A stretch of DNA of 64,000 nucleotides, taken from NCBI GenBank assembly GCA_965222225.1, contig CBDCTK010000002.1, forward strand, positions 5,472,001 to 5,536,000. The letters are read 5' to 3'. The notes beneath the pieces are model-generated. The model ran no database searches. It had not been told where the DNA came from and worked only from the letters and a program-made list of their open reading frames with translations. Below, piece after piece: positions 20,947 to 29,643 of this stretch. The position numbers and the translations under genes are program-made. How positions within the stretch are numbered: the stretch's first letter is position 1; the number at the start of each line of letters is the position of its first letter. This stretch comes from Candidatus Poribacteria bacterium (GTDB lineage Bacteria > Poribacteria > WGA-4E > JAJDTR01).

Positions 20947-21732
20947 ATGAGCACCCTCACCGATGACCACATTCGCCAATTCAACCATGAGGGATACTTG
21001 GTATTCGAAGGTCTGTTAGATGAGAACCACAACCAGCGTATCATGCGTGATATAGACCAACTCATGGAAGATCGGGAGAATCCAAACAAACCGGCGATTC
21101 CGATGCGCTACCCCGACCTAGGTCTCTTGACCTCGGAACCTGTTATTGTGGATCGGGTGGCATCTCTCATGGGAGGAGATCCATTTGTTCACCATCATAT
21201 TCATGCCACTTGCCACATGCCCGGTGAACCCGGCGTTGCTTGGCACCACGATTACGAGCAATTGCCCCAAACGAATCGTTCGCACCTTATGGTGCACGTC
21301 TTTATGTATCATTCCGGATTGAATGGCGAAGTTGGGGACCTGCTCGTGCTACCGGGATCGCATAAGAAAATCATGAATGGAGATGCGTTCCGGCAATTTG
21401 GATGTGCCGACCTTCCAGAATCTCGCGCCATCAATGACCTTGCCCCTGCATCCGTTGTCATTGTCCACTCCGCGCTTCAGCATGCGCGTCGTGCCAAACC
21501 CGCTAACCTCGGATCCAAACGCTATTTCGTCGACACATCCTATTGCCAATATGGAATCGTTTGGCCCACAATCCGTCGGTTCCAGCAGTATAACAACATG
21601 GCACTGGAACTCGGGTGGGATCGAAATGGGAAATACGCATTTCTCTATGAAGAAGGTCATTTCTTTTTCAAAGAGGAGCACCAAGCAGCGTTCGAAAGTA
21701 GCAATCAGGGCAGTTTGGCAGTGAAACTCTAA
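20947..21732 (+). CDS. Phytanoyl-CoA dioxygenase (PhyH) family 2OG-Fe(II) oxygenase
   Basis: EGYLV, WHHD, LLVLPGSHK and distal H (LQHAR) motifs. Confidence 0.88.
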   Translation: MSTLTDDHIRQFNHEGYLVFEGLLDENHNQRIMRDIDQLMEDRENPNKPAIPMRYPDLGLLTSEPVIVDRVASLMGGDPFVHHHIHATCHMPGEPGVAWHHDYEQLPQTNRSHLMVHVFMYHSGLNGEVGDLLVLPGSHKKIMNGDAFRQFGCADLPESRAINDLAPASVVIVHSALQHARRAKPANLGSKRYFVDTSYCQYGIVWPTIRRFQQYNNMALELGWDRNGKYAFLYEEGHFFFKEEHQAAFESSNQGSLAVKL

Positions 21733-21916
21733 CGGGTAGTCGTGCAAATACACGAATCAATGGCCATACGCTTCAAAAATACCCTCATCGTCGGAGTCAA
21801 TAGTCTGATCCGGCGTAAGTGACCGCTTCTAGCAGACAAACCACCTTACTCAAAAATGCGTTTGGCTAAAGCGAGGAGGGCTGTGATTTAAGTGTGGAAG
21901 CTAAAGAGAGATAGAG

Positions 21917-23458
21917 ATGCCCAATTTTGACTTTATTCCTGAAGCACCGACCCCAGTTGGATTGAAAAAACAGCTATTCATCGACGATTACGTTGTCGCG
22001 GAAAAAAGTAATGTGAGTTTAGAGGTGGGACAGGCGAAAAAACACGGTGTCGTGATGGAACCGACACTTTTGACCGAATTTCAGTCCGGCGCGATTCACG
22101 ATGGGCCAGATGGCGGTTTTGGCTTTGAATCGCATTTCTGTTGGTTTTTCTCGCCTCACTGGGATTCGGACAAAGCTATGTTTCGCCTGTGGTACATGGC
22201 TGGCAAAAGGGCGGGTACCGGACTATCGTATGCGGAATCATCTGACGGTTTCAACTGGACCAAACCAATGATTTCCAAGGGTGGGAAGAGCAACCTTGTT
22301 ACGTGGAACTCACCTGTTCCAATTCTCCGTCGTAATGAAAGTGTTGACCTGCTTGATATCGGGCTAGATGGTGCAACCGTCACCATTGATCCGAGTTTGG
22401 AATTCGGTTCACCTGAGAAGTTCAAAATCGCGTTTTATCCGAACAGCGGTGGCATTGATGGCAAGACGCGTTTGGGATATTCAGCCGACGGAATCCATTG
22501 GAACCTATACCACGATGGTTACCCGGTAACGGAACGCGCAGCGGACACAAACAACCAGATACAGTGGGACCCGCTTACCGAACGCTACCTGCTGCACTGT
22601 CGTCAGGATTTTGAAGGCGGCGGTGGAATTGGGGAATACCGCGGCGTACGCATCATGGAACATTCAAAAGAGAACGACCTTCTGAACCATCCCACTGCAT
22701 GGAAAACCCTCACGACATTTGTATTAGACGATCCGGACAAAAGCGTGATTCCGGACACCAAAACACCCGTTTATCAGATTCACACCTTCCCGATGTCGTA
22801 CTATGAAGGCGTGTGGTTTGGCTTAACGGATATTCTGGCTGCAACCAACAAGCATGTTACCGATGGTGACCAGGATTACCACACTTCTCACGAACGGGGT
22901 GTATGGGAATTCTACATGGCGCCATCGCGTGATGGGGTCAACTACGATTTCACCGTGGCGGTCTATCCGCGCAAACCCCTCATCCCGCGCGGTCCATCCG
23001 GCAGTTTCGACAAGGATTGCGTGCGTCCGCCATCAAACATTATTACGCACAACGATGAGCACTGGATCTATTATCTGGCGACAAACGAACGCTGGGGATG
23101 TCATCGGTGGGATGCGCGCCTTGCGCTTGCCAAGCTGCGGCTCGACGGTTTCTTCTTTCTCGAAGCGAAGGAGAAGCCGGGAAGGGTGGTGACTCGGCCG
23201 TTCCTACTTGAGGGTGATAAGCTACAGGTCAACGTTGATGCATTGGATGGCTATATGAAGGTCGAGGTGCTTGAGACATCCGGTGAACCAATCCCCGTCT
23301 TCTCGGGCGATTCAGCCAAGGTTTATCGCGGGTTCGACAATCTGCGACTTGAACCAATCTGGAAGGGGAATGCCGGTTTGTCATCGTTGCGAGGCAAGGA
23401 AGTGCGGCTCAGGTTCAATTTGAGCAATGCGAAGTTGTACGCTTTTCAAATTTGCTGA
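21917..23458 (+). CDS. Putative five-bladed beta-propeller glycoside-hydrolase-like protein
   Basis: KQLFIDDY, Asp-box-like repeats (SSDGFNW, SADGIHW, SRDGVNY), LRLDGF and KLYAFQ; paralog of 31774-33435. Confidence 0.7.
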   Translation: MPNFDFIPEAPTPVGLKKQLFIDDYVVAEKSNVSLEVGQAKKHGVVMEPTLLTEFQSGAIHDGPDGGFGFESHFCWFFSPHWDSDKAMFRLWYMAGKRAGTGLSYAESSDGFNWTKPMISKGGKSNLVTWNSPVPILRRNESVDLLDIGLDGATVTIDPSLEFGSPEKFKIAFYPNSGGIDGKTRLGYSADGIHWNLYHDGYPVTERAADTNNQIQWDPLTERYLLHCRQDFEGGGGIGEYRGVRIMEHSKENDLLNHPTAWKTLTTFVLDDPDKSVIPDTKTPVYQIHTFPMSYYEGVWFGLTDILAATNKHVTDGDQDYHTSHERGVWEFYMAPSRDGVNYDFTVAVYPRKPLIPRGPSGSFDKDCVRPPSNIITHNDEHWIYYLATNERWGCHRWDARLALAKLRLDGFFFLEAKEKPGRVVTRPFLLEGDKLQVNVDALDGYMKVEVLETSGEPIPVFSGDSAKVYRGFDNLRLEPIWKGNAGLSSLRGKEVRLRFNLSNAKLYAFQIC

Positions 23459-23667
23459 CCATTACGCTATGAACTAAAGCAAGATTTCTTGAATTGGGAG
23501 TCCTATCGCACAAAGATCTCTATCGCGCTCGCTTTCCACTCGCTTGATCGGTTTCGGTAGCGTCCGGTAAACGGCGGAGATTCTTGGTAGAAATAGTTAT
23601 CGGAAGTAAGTTGGTTTTGACAACTCACAAGCTATCTCTGTCTAACAGGCGAAAGGAATAACAACAG

Positions 23668-24117
23668 ATGGATTTTCACTACATCAATACGAATGACGGG
23701 TATCACGAAAGAGATACGTATAAGATATGGCTAAATCTCGGCTATGCCTTTACCAACGGGGAACAGCTTTACGGGGCAAAACTTGGAACGCTTCAGCCTG
23801 GCGATTTGGTATTCATGTATGTTTCAGGCAAGGGAATCAAGGCTGTGGGGATGGTTATCAATGAATGGGACGGTATTGAGTACCGCCAACCGATAATTTC
23901 AAGCCCATCCGCCAACAACGAGTTTCGCATTCAAATAAACTGGTTCATCGTTCCTCCAGATGATTTTGTGCCTTCTTCGAAAGTGAAGGAGATTATGGGA
24001 TACGATTTTGTGCAGACTTGCGCACGCATCAACAAACGCGACGCAGCCGAGAAACTCCTCCGATATATGCTGCAGATGCTAGAATTATGCGGGTACAGCT
24101 TGACGTGGGACAGTTAA
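23668..24117 (+). CDS. EVE/PUA-like domain protein
   Basis: LQPGDLVFMYVSGKGIKAVG...FRIQINW resembles the PUA-like domains fused to restriction/HNH nucleases; AAGGA RBS. Confidence 0.6.
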   Translation: MDFHYINTNDGYHERDTYKIWLNLGYAFTNGEQLYGAKLGTLQPGDLVFMYVSGKGIKAVGMVINEWDGIEYRQPIISSPSANNEFRIQINWFIVPPDDFVPSSKVKEIMGYDFVQTCARINKRDAAEKLLRYMLQMLELCGYSLTWDS

Positions 24118-24168
24118 TTTTTGATTTGCGTGGGAATTAAGAATCGGAATTAAGAAAAGGAGAAGATT

Positions 24169-24567
24169 ATGCGAAGGAAAGGAGCGTTGTATGCAGTGAT
24201 TGGCGGTGTTGTTGGGGCAGTTCTAACGATGGTGTGCTGCTTGTTCATGCCATTCGTGGCGCAAAGTCAATCTGAGGTTGCGCCCGATGGGGTATTCGGC
24301 CAGATAACCTGTAGGGGGATGAAGGTGGTTGATTCGGAGGGCAAACTGGGTGTGCTTATCTTCAACGGTGATTACGGTGGGCGGGTCGACGTGTTTGGCA
24401 AAGATGGTAATCCCCGTGCCGGTATGCTCATCACCGAACATGGGGGGCAGCTCGCCGTTTTGGACAAAGATCACAAAGCCGGTGTGGTGATGGCCGTCAC
24501 CAAATATGGGAACGGCGCGGTAAACACGTGGGATAAGAACGGGTCTCCTTTGGCTACATTGAAGTGA
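24169..24567 (+). CDS. Secreted beta-repeat family protein, copy 2
   Basis: AGGAG RBS; MRRKGALYAVIGGVVGAVLTM...AQ leader; FGQITC; GGRVDVFGKDG; ends GAVNTWDKNGSPLATLK. Confidence 0.85.
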   Translation: MRRKGALYAVIGGVVGAVLTMVCCLFMPFVAQSQSEVAPDGVFGQITCRGMKVVDSEGKLGVLIFNGDYGGRVDVFGKDGNPRAGMLITEHGGQLAVLDKDHKAGVVMAVTKYGNGAVNTWDKNGSPLATLK

Positions 24568-24669
24568 GAAGTGGGTGATTCGCGTGATTTTAGGTAATCG
24601 GTAGTAATACCATTTCTCTAAATTGCAAGTGCATTGATTACGTGGATCAAGTAAATAAACTTGCGTGGA

Positions 24670-24729
24670 GCGGAGTAAGACGCCTCGTCTCCGCCGCGTA
24701 AAGTCGGCGGGGCAAGATGCCTCGCCTAC
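24670..24729 (-). repeat. REP-like hairpin pair (GTAG type)
   Basis: Reverse complement of 24706-24729 is GTAGGCGAGGCATCTTGCCCCGCC (GTAG plus hairpin). A degenerate copy lies at 24670-24692. Confidence 0.5.
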
Positions 24730-25683
24730 GGGGTTTGGTATGAAGGTCAACAGTTGGTATGGGTCGTGTCATAATAGTTTAATTGAAAAACACTGTATGC
24801 ACTGTTATTCAAGCGAAATGGTATAAGTCGATTTTTTAATTTGGTTCTTCATAGTTAAATGCGGGATTGAAATTTGCTGCATGAAGGCGCGTTTGCCCTA
24901 TGGGTTCAAATTGCTTGCTATAATTCCCAAGTTTTGTGATTGAAAACTTCACACATGTATAGTATGATATAGCCGGTTAGCGATGGTCGCGACCTTATTC
25001 CTGCCAGCGGTATGCCGCCGGGACGAAAATCCCATGTGTCTCGTATACATTTTGTTCTGCTGCGCATCCGCTGTCCCAGCGCTGTCAAAGGCTTCCGCGC
25101 TCACTGGAGAAGTCAAAACGCCTTCAAACCGTTGCGCTGAGAACACAATCCGGTCACCCTTGCGCGCGGTTCATTGCCGTGAAAATAGGAAAAAACAACA
25201 GAGTAAGATGTTGAATCTATGTCTAAATCGTCTGTCTTGTTCAACTGTTCTTGCCCCCTGTTCAGTGGAGGCTTTGGTGGCAAATGAGTGAATCTCGGCG
25301 GCGTCCGGTCATTGCGCCTGACGCGGTTTTTCGGCAGTCATTTCAGCACCGCGGGCAGAGGGGTCAAAGTTATAATCGCAGAAAATCACAGTATTTCACA
25401 CGCTCAAATACGAGCAAAAATCATGCACGAATCCAAGCTACGACACGCTTCAATGCCCGTCTCGAGTCTTAACGCATCGACTGCAATGGAGACTACGGTA
25501 GTCGGATCAAACGGGTGGATAAATCAAGTGAACGAACAGGCAACGCGATATGGATCCTGGGGCGATAGGAATCCCACAGCAAAGGCGATAGATATCCCAT
25601 AGAAATCTCCTCCGTATCACGACACTCGGGATCTGTAACGCGTCTGGTAAACGGCGGAGATATTTAGCAGAAATACAGGTGTC

Positions 25684-25766
25684 ATGACGAATTCACGTCC
25701 CGATTTAATTCTAATCATGTGCGATCAGATGCGGTGGGATGCTGCCGGATTCGCCGGGAGTTCAAC
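25684..25766 (+). pseudogene. Duplicated 5' end (~28 codons) of the sulfatase gene at 30333
   Basis: 75/83 nt identical to 30333-30415, with a perfect 47 nt core (25711-25757 = 30360-30406); MTNSRPDLILIMCDQMRWDAAGFAGSST. Confidence 0.9.
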
Positions 25767-25881
25767 AATATCCTTACCAAGGCGATTATCCAGATCCGCT
25801 GTTAAATTGTCCTTATGCGAGTATAGGTTGGTTTTCTGGGTTTTCGTTCAGTCTCAAAACCATGACAAAAGGAGAGCTATT

Positions 25882-26346
25882 ATGATAAAACGAGAGTTAG
25901 TTTGTGCGTCGGTGATAGGCGGTATTGTTGGGGCAGTTCTTACGATGGCGGCGGGGTCGTTCTCGCCACTGGGCGCGCAAAATGAAGTGAGGGATGCGGA
26001 GTTTAGAAAAATAACATGTACCGCGCTCAGGGTGGAAGGTGCGGACGGAGCAAGAGCCGTGACCCTAGGCGCTGTAGGAAATGGCGGGAGTGTTTTCGTG
26101 TTTGGCAAGGACGGAGAAATTGGCGTGGGTATGACCGTCAATAAAAATGGCGGGTACGTTCGCGTACACGACAAGAACCTAGAATCAGGCGTGAGTATGA
26201 GCGTTGATGAACATGGCGGGTATGTTCGCGTGGAGAGCAAGGACGTAGAAATACTTGAAGGCGTAAGGCTGAGTGTGGATGAGCGTGGCGGGCGCGTTGA
26301 CGTGTACGGCAGAGACGGAGAATATAACGAGCTAACACCCAAGTGA
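25882..26346 (+). CDS. Secreted beta-repeat family protein, copy 3
   Basis: True start MIKRELV after an AGGAG RBS (the ORF track fuses it to the sulfatase remnant). SPLGAQ, FRKITC, four GGxVxV repeats; ends DGEYNELTPK. Confidence 0.85.
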   Translation: MIKRELVCASVIGGIVGAVLTMAAGSFSPLGAQNEVRDAEFRKITCTALRVEGADGARAVTLGAVGNGGSVFVFGKDGEIGVGMTVNKNGGYVRVHDKNLESGVSMSVDEHGGYVRVESKDVEILEGVRLSVDERGGRVDVYGRDGEYNELTPK

Positions 26347-26357
26347 GGTGATGAATC

Positions 26358-26432
26358 ATGAATGAGTTGGCAGTTCGAAACGAAAGCGTACTGGCTATCA
26401 GTGTTGCGTTGTGGATAATTACAAAGGTTTAG
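26358..26432 (+). pseudogene. Tyrosine-recombinase 5' remnant (24-codon ORF)
   Basis: MNELAVRNESVLAISVALWIITKV*; the first 15 residues match MNELAVKQESSVAIS of the 19903 recombinase. Confidence 0.75.
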
Positions 26433-26447
26433 GAATGGGAGGATGTT

Positions 26448-27047
26448 GTGCGAAGGAAAGAGTTGCTGTTTGGAATGTTTTGCGGTGCTGTCGGGGCGAT
26501 TCTAACAACGGCAGTGGGGTTGTTCACGCCTCTCGTAGCGCAGGATGAATTGAGCGATGTGGCATTCGGAAAGATAATCTGTAGGGAAATTGTGATGGTT
26601 GATTCGGATAATAACCTCTGTGTTAGAATGGACGCCGAACGATATGGCGGAAGCATATATGTGAACGGCAAAGATGGCGACTCCAGTGTGAGCATAGGCA
26701 TAGATAAAAATGGCGGAGACATCACCGTGCATGGTACCGGTAATAAAATGGCGTATATGGAAATTGACGACGAAGGTGGCAGGGTCGGTGTGTTTGGCAA
26801 TGGTGGTGATCGCGATAATAGCGGGAGCGCAAGTCTGAGTATCGGCGAAAATAGAGGCAGGATCGGCGTATTCAACGAAGATGGAAAAGTCTGTGCGCTC
26901 ATGGTCGCATATGTTGATAGCTATATAAATGGCGGATTGATCGAAGTGTTTGGCAGCGATGGCAAACTCCGTGCAGTTATGGGCGCAGGTGTACATGCCG
27001 GGGTGCTCGCCGCGTATGGCAGCGATGGAACGACGGTTATAAAGTGA
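26448..27047 (+). CDS. Secreted beta-repeat family protein, copy 4
   Basis: GGAGG RBS and GTG start; TPLVAQ, FGKIIC, about six GGxI/VxV repeats. Confidence 0.85.
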   Translation: MRRKELLFGMFCGAVGAILTTAVGLFTPLVAQDELSDVAFGKIICREIVMVDSDNNLCVRMDAERYGGSIYVNGKDGDSSVSIGIDKNGGDITVHGTGNKMAYMEIDDEGGRVGVFGNGGDRDNSGSASLSIGENRGRIGVFNEDGKVCALMVAYVDSYINGGLIEVFGSDGKLRAVMGAGVHAGVLAAYGSDGTTVIK

Positions 27048-27058
27048 GGTGATGAACC

Positions 27059-27230
27059 ATGAACAGATTGGCAATTAGACAAGAGAACGCACTGGCTATT
27101 AGTGATTCCACGAAGGGTTTGATACGTGCCGGCGTCTCGGAGAACACGCTGCGGGCTTAGCGTTGCGCTTTGCTGAAGCTGAACAGGTGGCTAAGTGACA
27201 CGTGGAACATTTCCGATCAACTGAGCGGTT
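27059..27230 (+). pseudogene. Tyrosine-recombinase N-terminal remnant
   Basis: MNRLAIRQENALAISDSTKGLIRAGVSENTLRA*RCALLKLNRWLS aligns with MNELAVKQESSVAISDSTKELIKHGVSKNTLAAYGRALTKWDTWLS. Confidence 0.85.
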
Positions 27231-27309
27231 AGCGACGGCGATAGAAAATCCCGTGCGATAGAGCTCCCATAGCTAATCCCTCAAGCGGCCGAATAAGGAG
27301 GGTGAGGCA

Positions 27310-27357
27310 ATGGGGGATGCGGTTATAGGCGGTTGTACGGGTGCAGTATTAACAATG
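27310..27357 (+). pseudogene. Remnant of a further beta-repeat family leader
   Basis: MGDAVIGGCTGAVLTM matches AVIGGVVGAVLTM of copies 2, 3 and 5. Confidence 0.55.
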
Positions 27358-27670
27358 CGCGTATCTTATGTGTTGTGGCGTGCCCCAAGGAAAAATGCGA
27401 CGTAACGAAAGTCTTGTGAGAGAGGGTTTGGGATGTCACAGTGAAGGAAGATTCGCAGTGGTTGCAACTGAAACCTTTTCTGATTTTCTTATTCCCGTGT
27501 CTAACGTTAATAGAGCCACAGTGAATACAACAGGGCGAGTCTCAATATCCGCATTTTTATTGGTAAAATAAACTAACGTATGATATGATTCGCCCACTTT
27601 TGACGAAAGTAGTCAAAAGATTTAAAAATAGACGAACTATACGATTTTACATTCAGATGGAGAAAGTACA

Positions 27671-28030
27671 GTGTATTACAAAATTACTGTAATCTTACAA
27701 CCTCAACCTGAAGGTGTATATACAGTAACCTGTAAAGAGTTACCCGAACTTATAACTGAAGGCAGAACAATAGAAGAAGCATTATATAATGTGGAAGATG
27801 CTTTTTCTGCAACTTTAGAAATATATGGAGAGTTTAGCCAACCTCTGCCTCGGGAAATTATGTTCGCGGAAGCTCCAACTGGAAACAACTCGGAAATAAA
27901 CTTGCTTGAATCAAAAAAATCTAAGGCAAAGTCGAAGTTTAGGTTTCAAACTCTTGACCCCCCATTAGAACACCCGGGCTTATGTTTTCGGGCGGCTTCT
28001 GTGACCCAAATTATGGGATATGAGATATAA
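27671..28030 (+). CDS. hicB: HicB-family antitoxin
   Basis: EGVYTVTCKELPELITEGRTIEEALYNVEDA motif; overlaps hicA. Confidence 0.88.
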   Translation: MYYKITVILQPQPEGVYTVTCKELPELITEGRTIEEALYNVEDAFSATLEIYGEFSQPLPREIMFAEAPTGNNSEINLLESKKSKAKSKFRFQTLDPPLEHPGLCFRAASVTQIMGYEI

Positions 28031-28229
28031 CGAGGTTAAGCGAAAACTAAGGCGATTAGGCTGTCAAGAGTTAAAATCATCAGGCAAAGGTTCACACCGA
28101 AAATGGTATAATCCCGACACGAATAAGAAGGCTACAATTCCATATAACAACAGGGAATTAGCCAAGGGAACCCTCCGTGCCATAATGAAAACATTAGCAA
28201 TTGACGGTAAGATGTTCGAAGATGCTTAG
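28020..28229 (+). CDS. hicA: HicA-family toxin
   Basis: 69 aa and basic, with GKGSHRKW and ELAKGTLRAI motifs. Confidence 0.9.
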   Translation: MRYNEVKRKLRRLGCQELKSSGKGSHRKWYNPDTNKKATIPYNNRELAKGTLRAIMKTLAIDGKMFEDA

Positions 28230-28302
28230 CCAATTCTATTCTAATTTTCAGCGGATACTCCACTAAAGAGGTCCGTTTTTTTGTGTAAACTCTCAATTTT
28301 AC

Positions 28303-28430
28303 TTAACATAACACAGGTTGCGGCCTATAACAAAGAAACCGAGTTTTTGGTTCGCGTTCGCTGCATTTTAGGTAAATTGGTCTGATTTTCACCAATCTCG
28401 CGATTCCATGTCGGAAAAAACTCGGTCTCT
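28303..28430. repeat. REP/MITE-like element with internal inverted repeat
   Basis: AGAAACCGAGTTTTT (28334-28348) and AAAAACTCGGTCTCT (28416-28430) are inverted with 1 mismatch; the left part is repeated at 6934-6992. Confidence 0.65.
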
Positions 28431-28492
28431 CTGCCTCTGTCGAACAATGGTGACAACTTGGGTTAGAACGTATGAATGAAAAGGACAAGGTT

Positions 28493-29011
28493 ATGCGAAG
28501 GAAAGAGGCGTTGTTTGCAGTAATAGGCGGCGTTGTCGGGACAGTATTAACGATGACGGCAGGTTCGTTCTCGCCATTGGAAGCGCAAAATGAAGTGAGA
28601 GAGGTGTATTTCGATGAGATAAGGTGTAGGCAGATAGTGGTGGATTACCCCAACGGTATTCCTGCGATATTGCTATCCGCGGTCGAGGATGGCGGGGCAT
28701 TGGTTATTATGGGCAACAATGGCGGCGGTGTGTTTATTGAGAGCAATAAAACAGGCGGGAGTGTCAGGGTGCGTGGCAAAGATGGCAAAGGCGAGGCAGG
28801 CATGAACATTAACGAACATGGGGGAGGGTATATCGGCACGGTTAACAAACATGGCAATGGCGGTGTGCTTATGGACGCCGACGAATATGGAGGAGATGTC
28901 ACCGTGTATGGTAACGACGGCTCTGCCCGTGCGAGTATGAGCACCTACGACGATGGAGGGTACGTCAGCGTGTACAAAAAAGATGGCAGCCTCCGTGCAA
29001 CTTTGAAGTGA
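28493..29011 (+). CDS. Secreted beta-repeat family protein, copy 5
   Basis: MRRKEALFAVIGGVVGTVLTM, SPLEAQNEVR, FDEIRC, five GG repeats; ends DGSLRATLK. Confidence 0.85.
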   Translation: MRRKEALFAVIGGVVGTVLTMTAGSFSPLEAQNEVREVYFDEIRCRQIVVDYPNGIPAILLSAVEDGGALVIMGNNGGGVFIESNKTGGSVRVRGKDGKGEAGMNINEHGGGYIGTVNKHGNGGVLMDADEYGGDVTVYGNDGSARASMSTYDDGGYVSVYKKDGSLRATLK

Positions 29012-29026
29012 AGGGAGAGTGAATCC

Positions 29027-29070
29027 ATGAATGAGTTGGCAATCAAGCAATAGGAATCAATGATCAGTGA
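29027..29070 (+). pseudogene. Tyrosine-recombinase 5' remnant
   Basis: ATGAATGAGTTGGCAATCAAGCAATAG...ATCAGTGA translates to MNELAIKQ*. Confidence 0.7.
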
Positions 29071-29083
29071 AAGGAGAATCATC

Positions 29084-29542
29084 GTGAGGTACCGAGAGAA
29101 ATTGGGATATATGGTTTTGGGCGGAATCTTGATGCTGGTTGGCATGTTAGCTGCGGGGTTGTTTTCGCCGCTGGGGGCGCAAACTGAATCGGATGTCACT
29201 TTTGGGAAGGTAACCTGTGGGGAACTTAAGGTGATGGATAGGTACGGGCGTACAGCGGTGGTTATAAAGCCTTATTCACATGGCGGGATGGTTCAAGTGA
29301 ATGGCACGGACGAAAATTCATTCGTGCTTATGGCGATTGGGACACGGGGCGGGATGGTTCGAGTGCTCGGCAAGGACGACAATTCCGAGGCGCTTATGTG
29401 GATTGACGAACGAGGAGGGGAAATGGTCGTGTGCGGTAAGGACGCATTTACAAAGGCGACAATGGGAGTTGACGGCGAACAGGCCGGGTTCGTGCTCGTT
29501 CGCGGCCAAGACGGAGAATATAACGAGCTAACCCCCGAGTGA
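29084..29542 (+). CDS. Secreted beta-repeat family protein, copy 6
   Basis: AGGAG RBS and GTG start (MRYREKLGYMVLGG), SPLGAQ, FGKVTC; ends DGEYNELTPE. Confidence 0.85.
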   Translation: MRYREKLGYMVLGGILMLVGMLAAGLFSPLGAQTESDVTFGKVTCGELKVMDRYGRTAVVIKPYSHGGMVQVNGTDENSFVLMAIGTRGGMVRVLGKDDNSEALMWIDERGGEMVVCGKDAFTKATMGVDGEQAGFVLVRGQDGEYNELTPE

Positions 29543-29553
29543 GGTGATTAATC

Positions 29554-29628
29554 ATGAACGAGTTGGCAGTTCGAAACGAAAGCATACTGGCTATCAGTGT
29601 TGAGTTTTGGATAATTACAAAGGTTTAG
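29554..29628 (+). pseudogene. Tyrosine-recombinase 5' remnant (24-codon ORF)
   Basis: MNELAVRNESILAISVEFWIITKV*, a near copy of 26358-26432. Confidence 0.75.
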
Positions 29629-29643
29629 GAATAGGAGAATGTT

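Larger units (their letters stand above)
23560..25675. mobile_element. ~2.1 kb block bounded by imperfect 36 bp direct repeats (putative attL/attR)
   Basis: GCGTCCGGTAAACGGCGGAGATTCTTGGTAGAAATA (23560-23595) vs GCGTCTGGTAAACGGCGGAGATATTTAGCAGAAATA (25640-25675), 31/36 identical. Confidence 0.55.

Noticed and set aside
24983-25602. ORFs of 102, 73 and 104 aa
   Set aside because: No RBS or motif, atypical composition, and overlap with repeated non-coding motifs.
25684-26346. 220 aa ORF as a sulfatase/beta-repeat fusion protein
   Set aside because: Chance in-frame join of the duplicated sulfatase 5' end; the real gene has its own AGGAG RBS and signal peptide at 25882.
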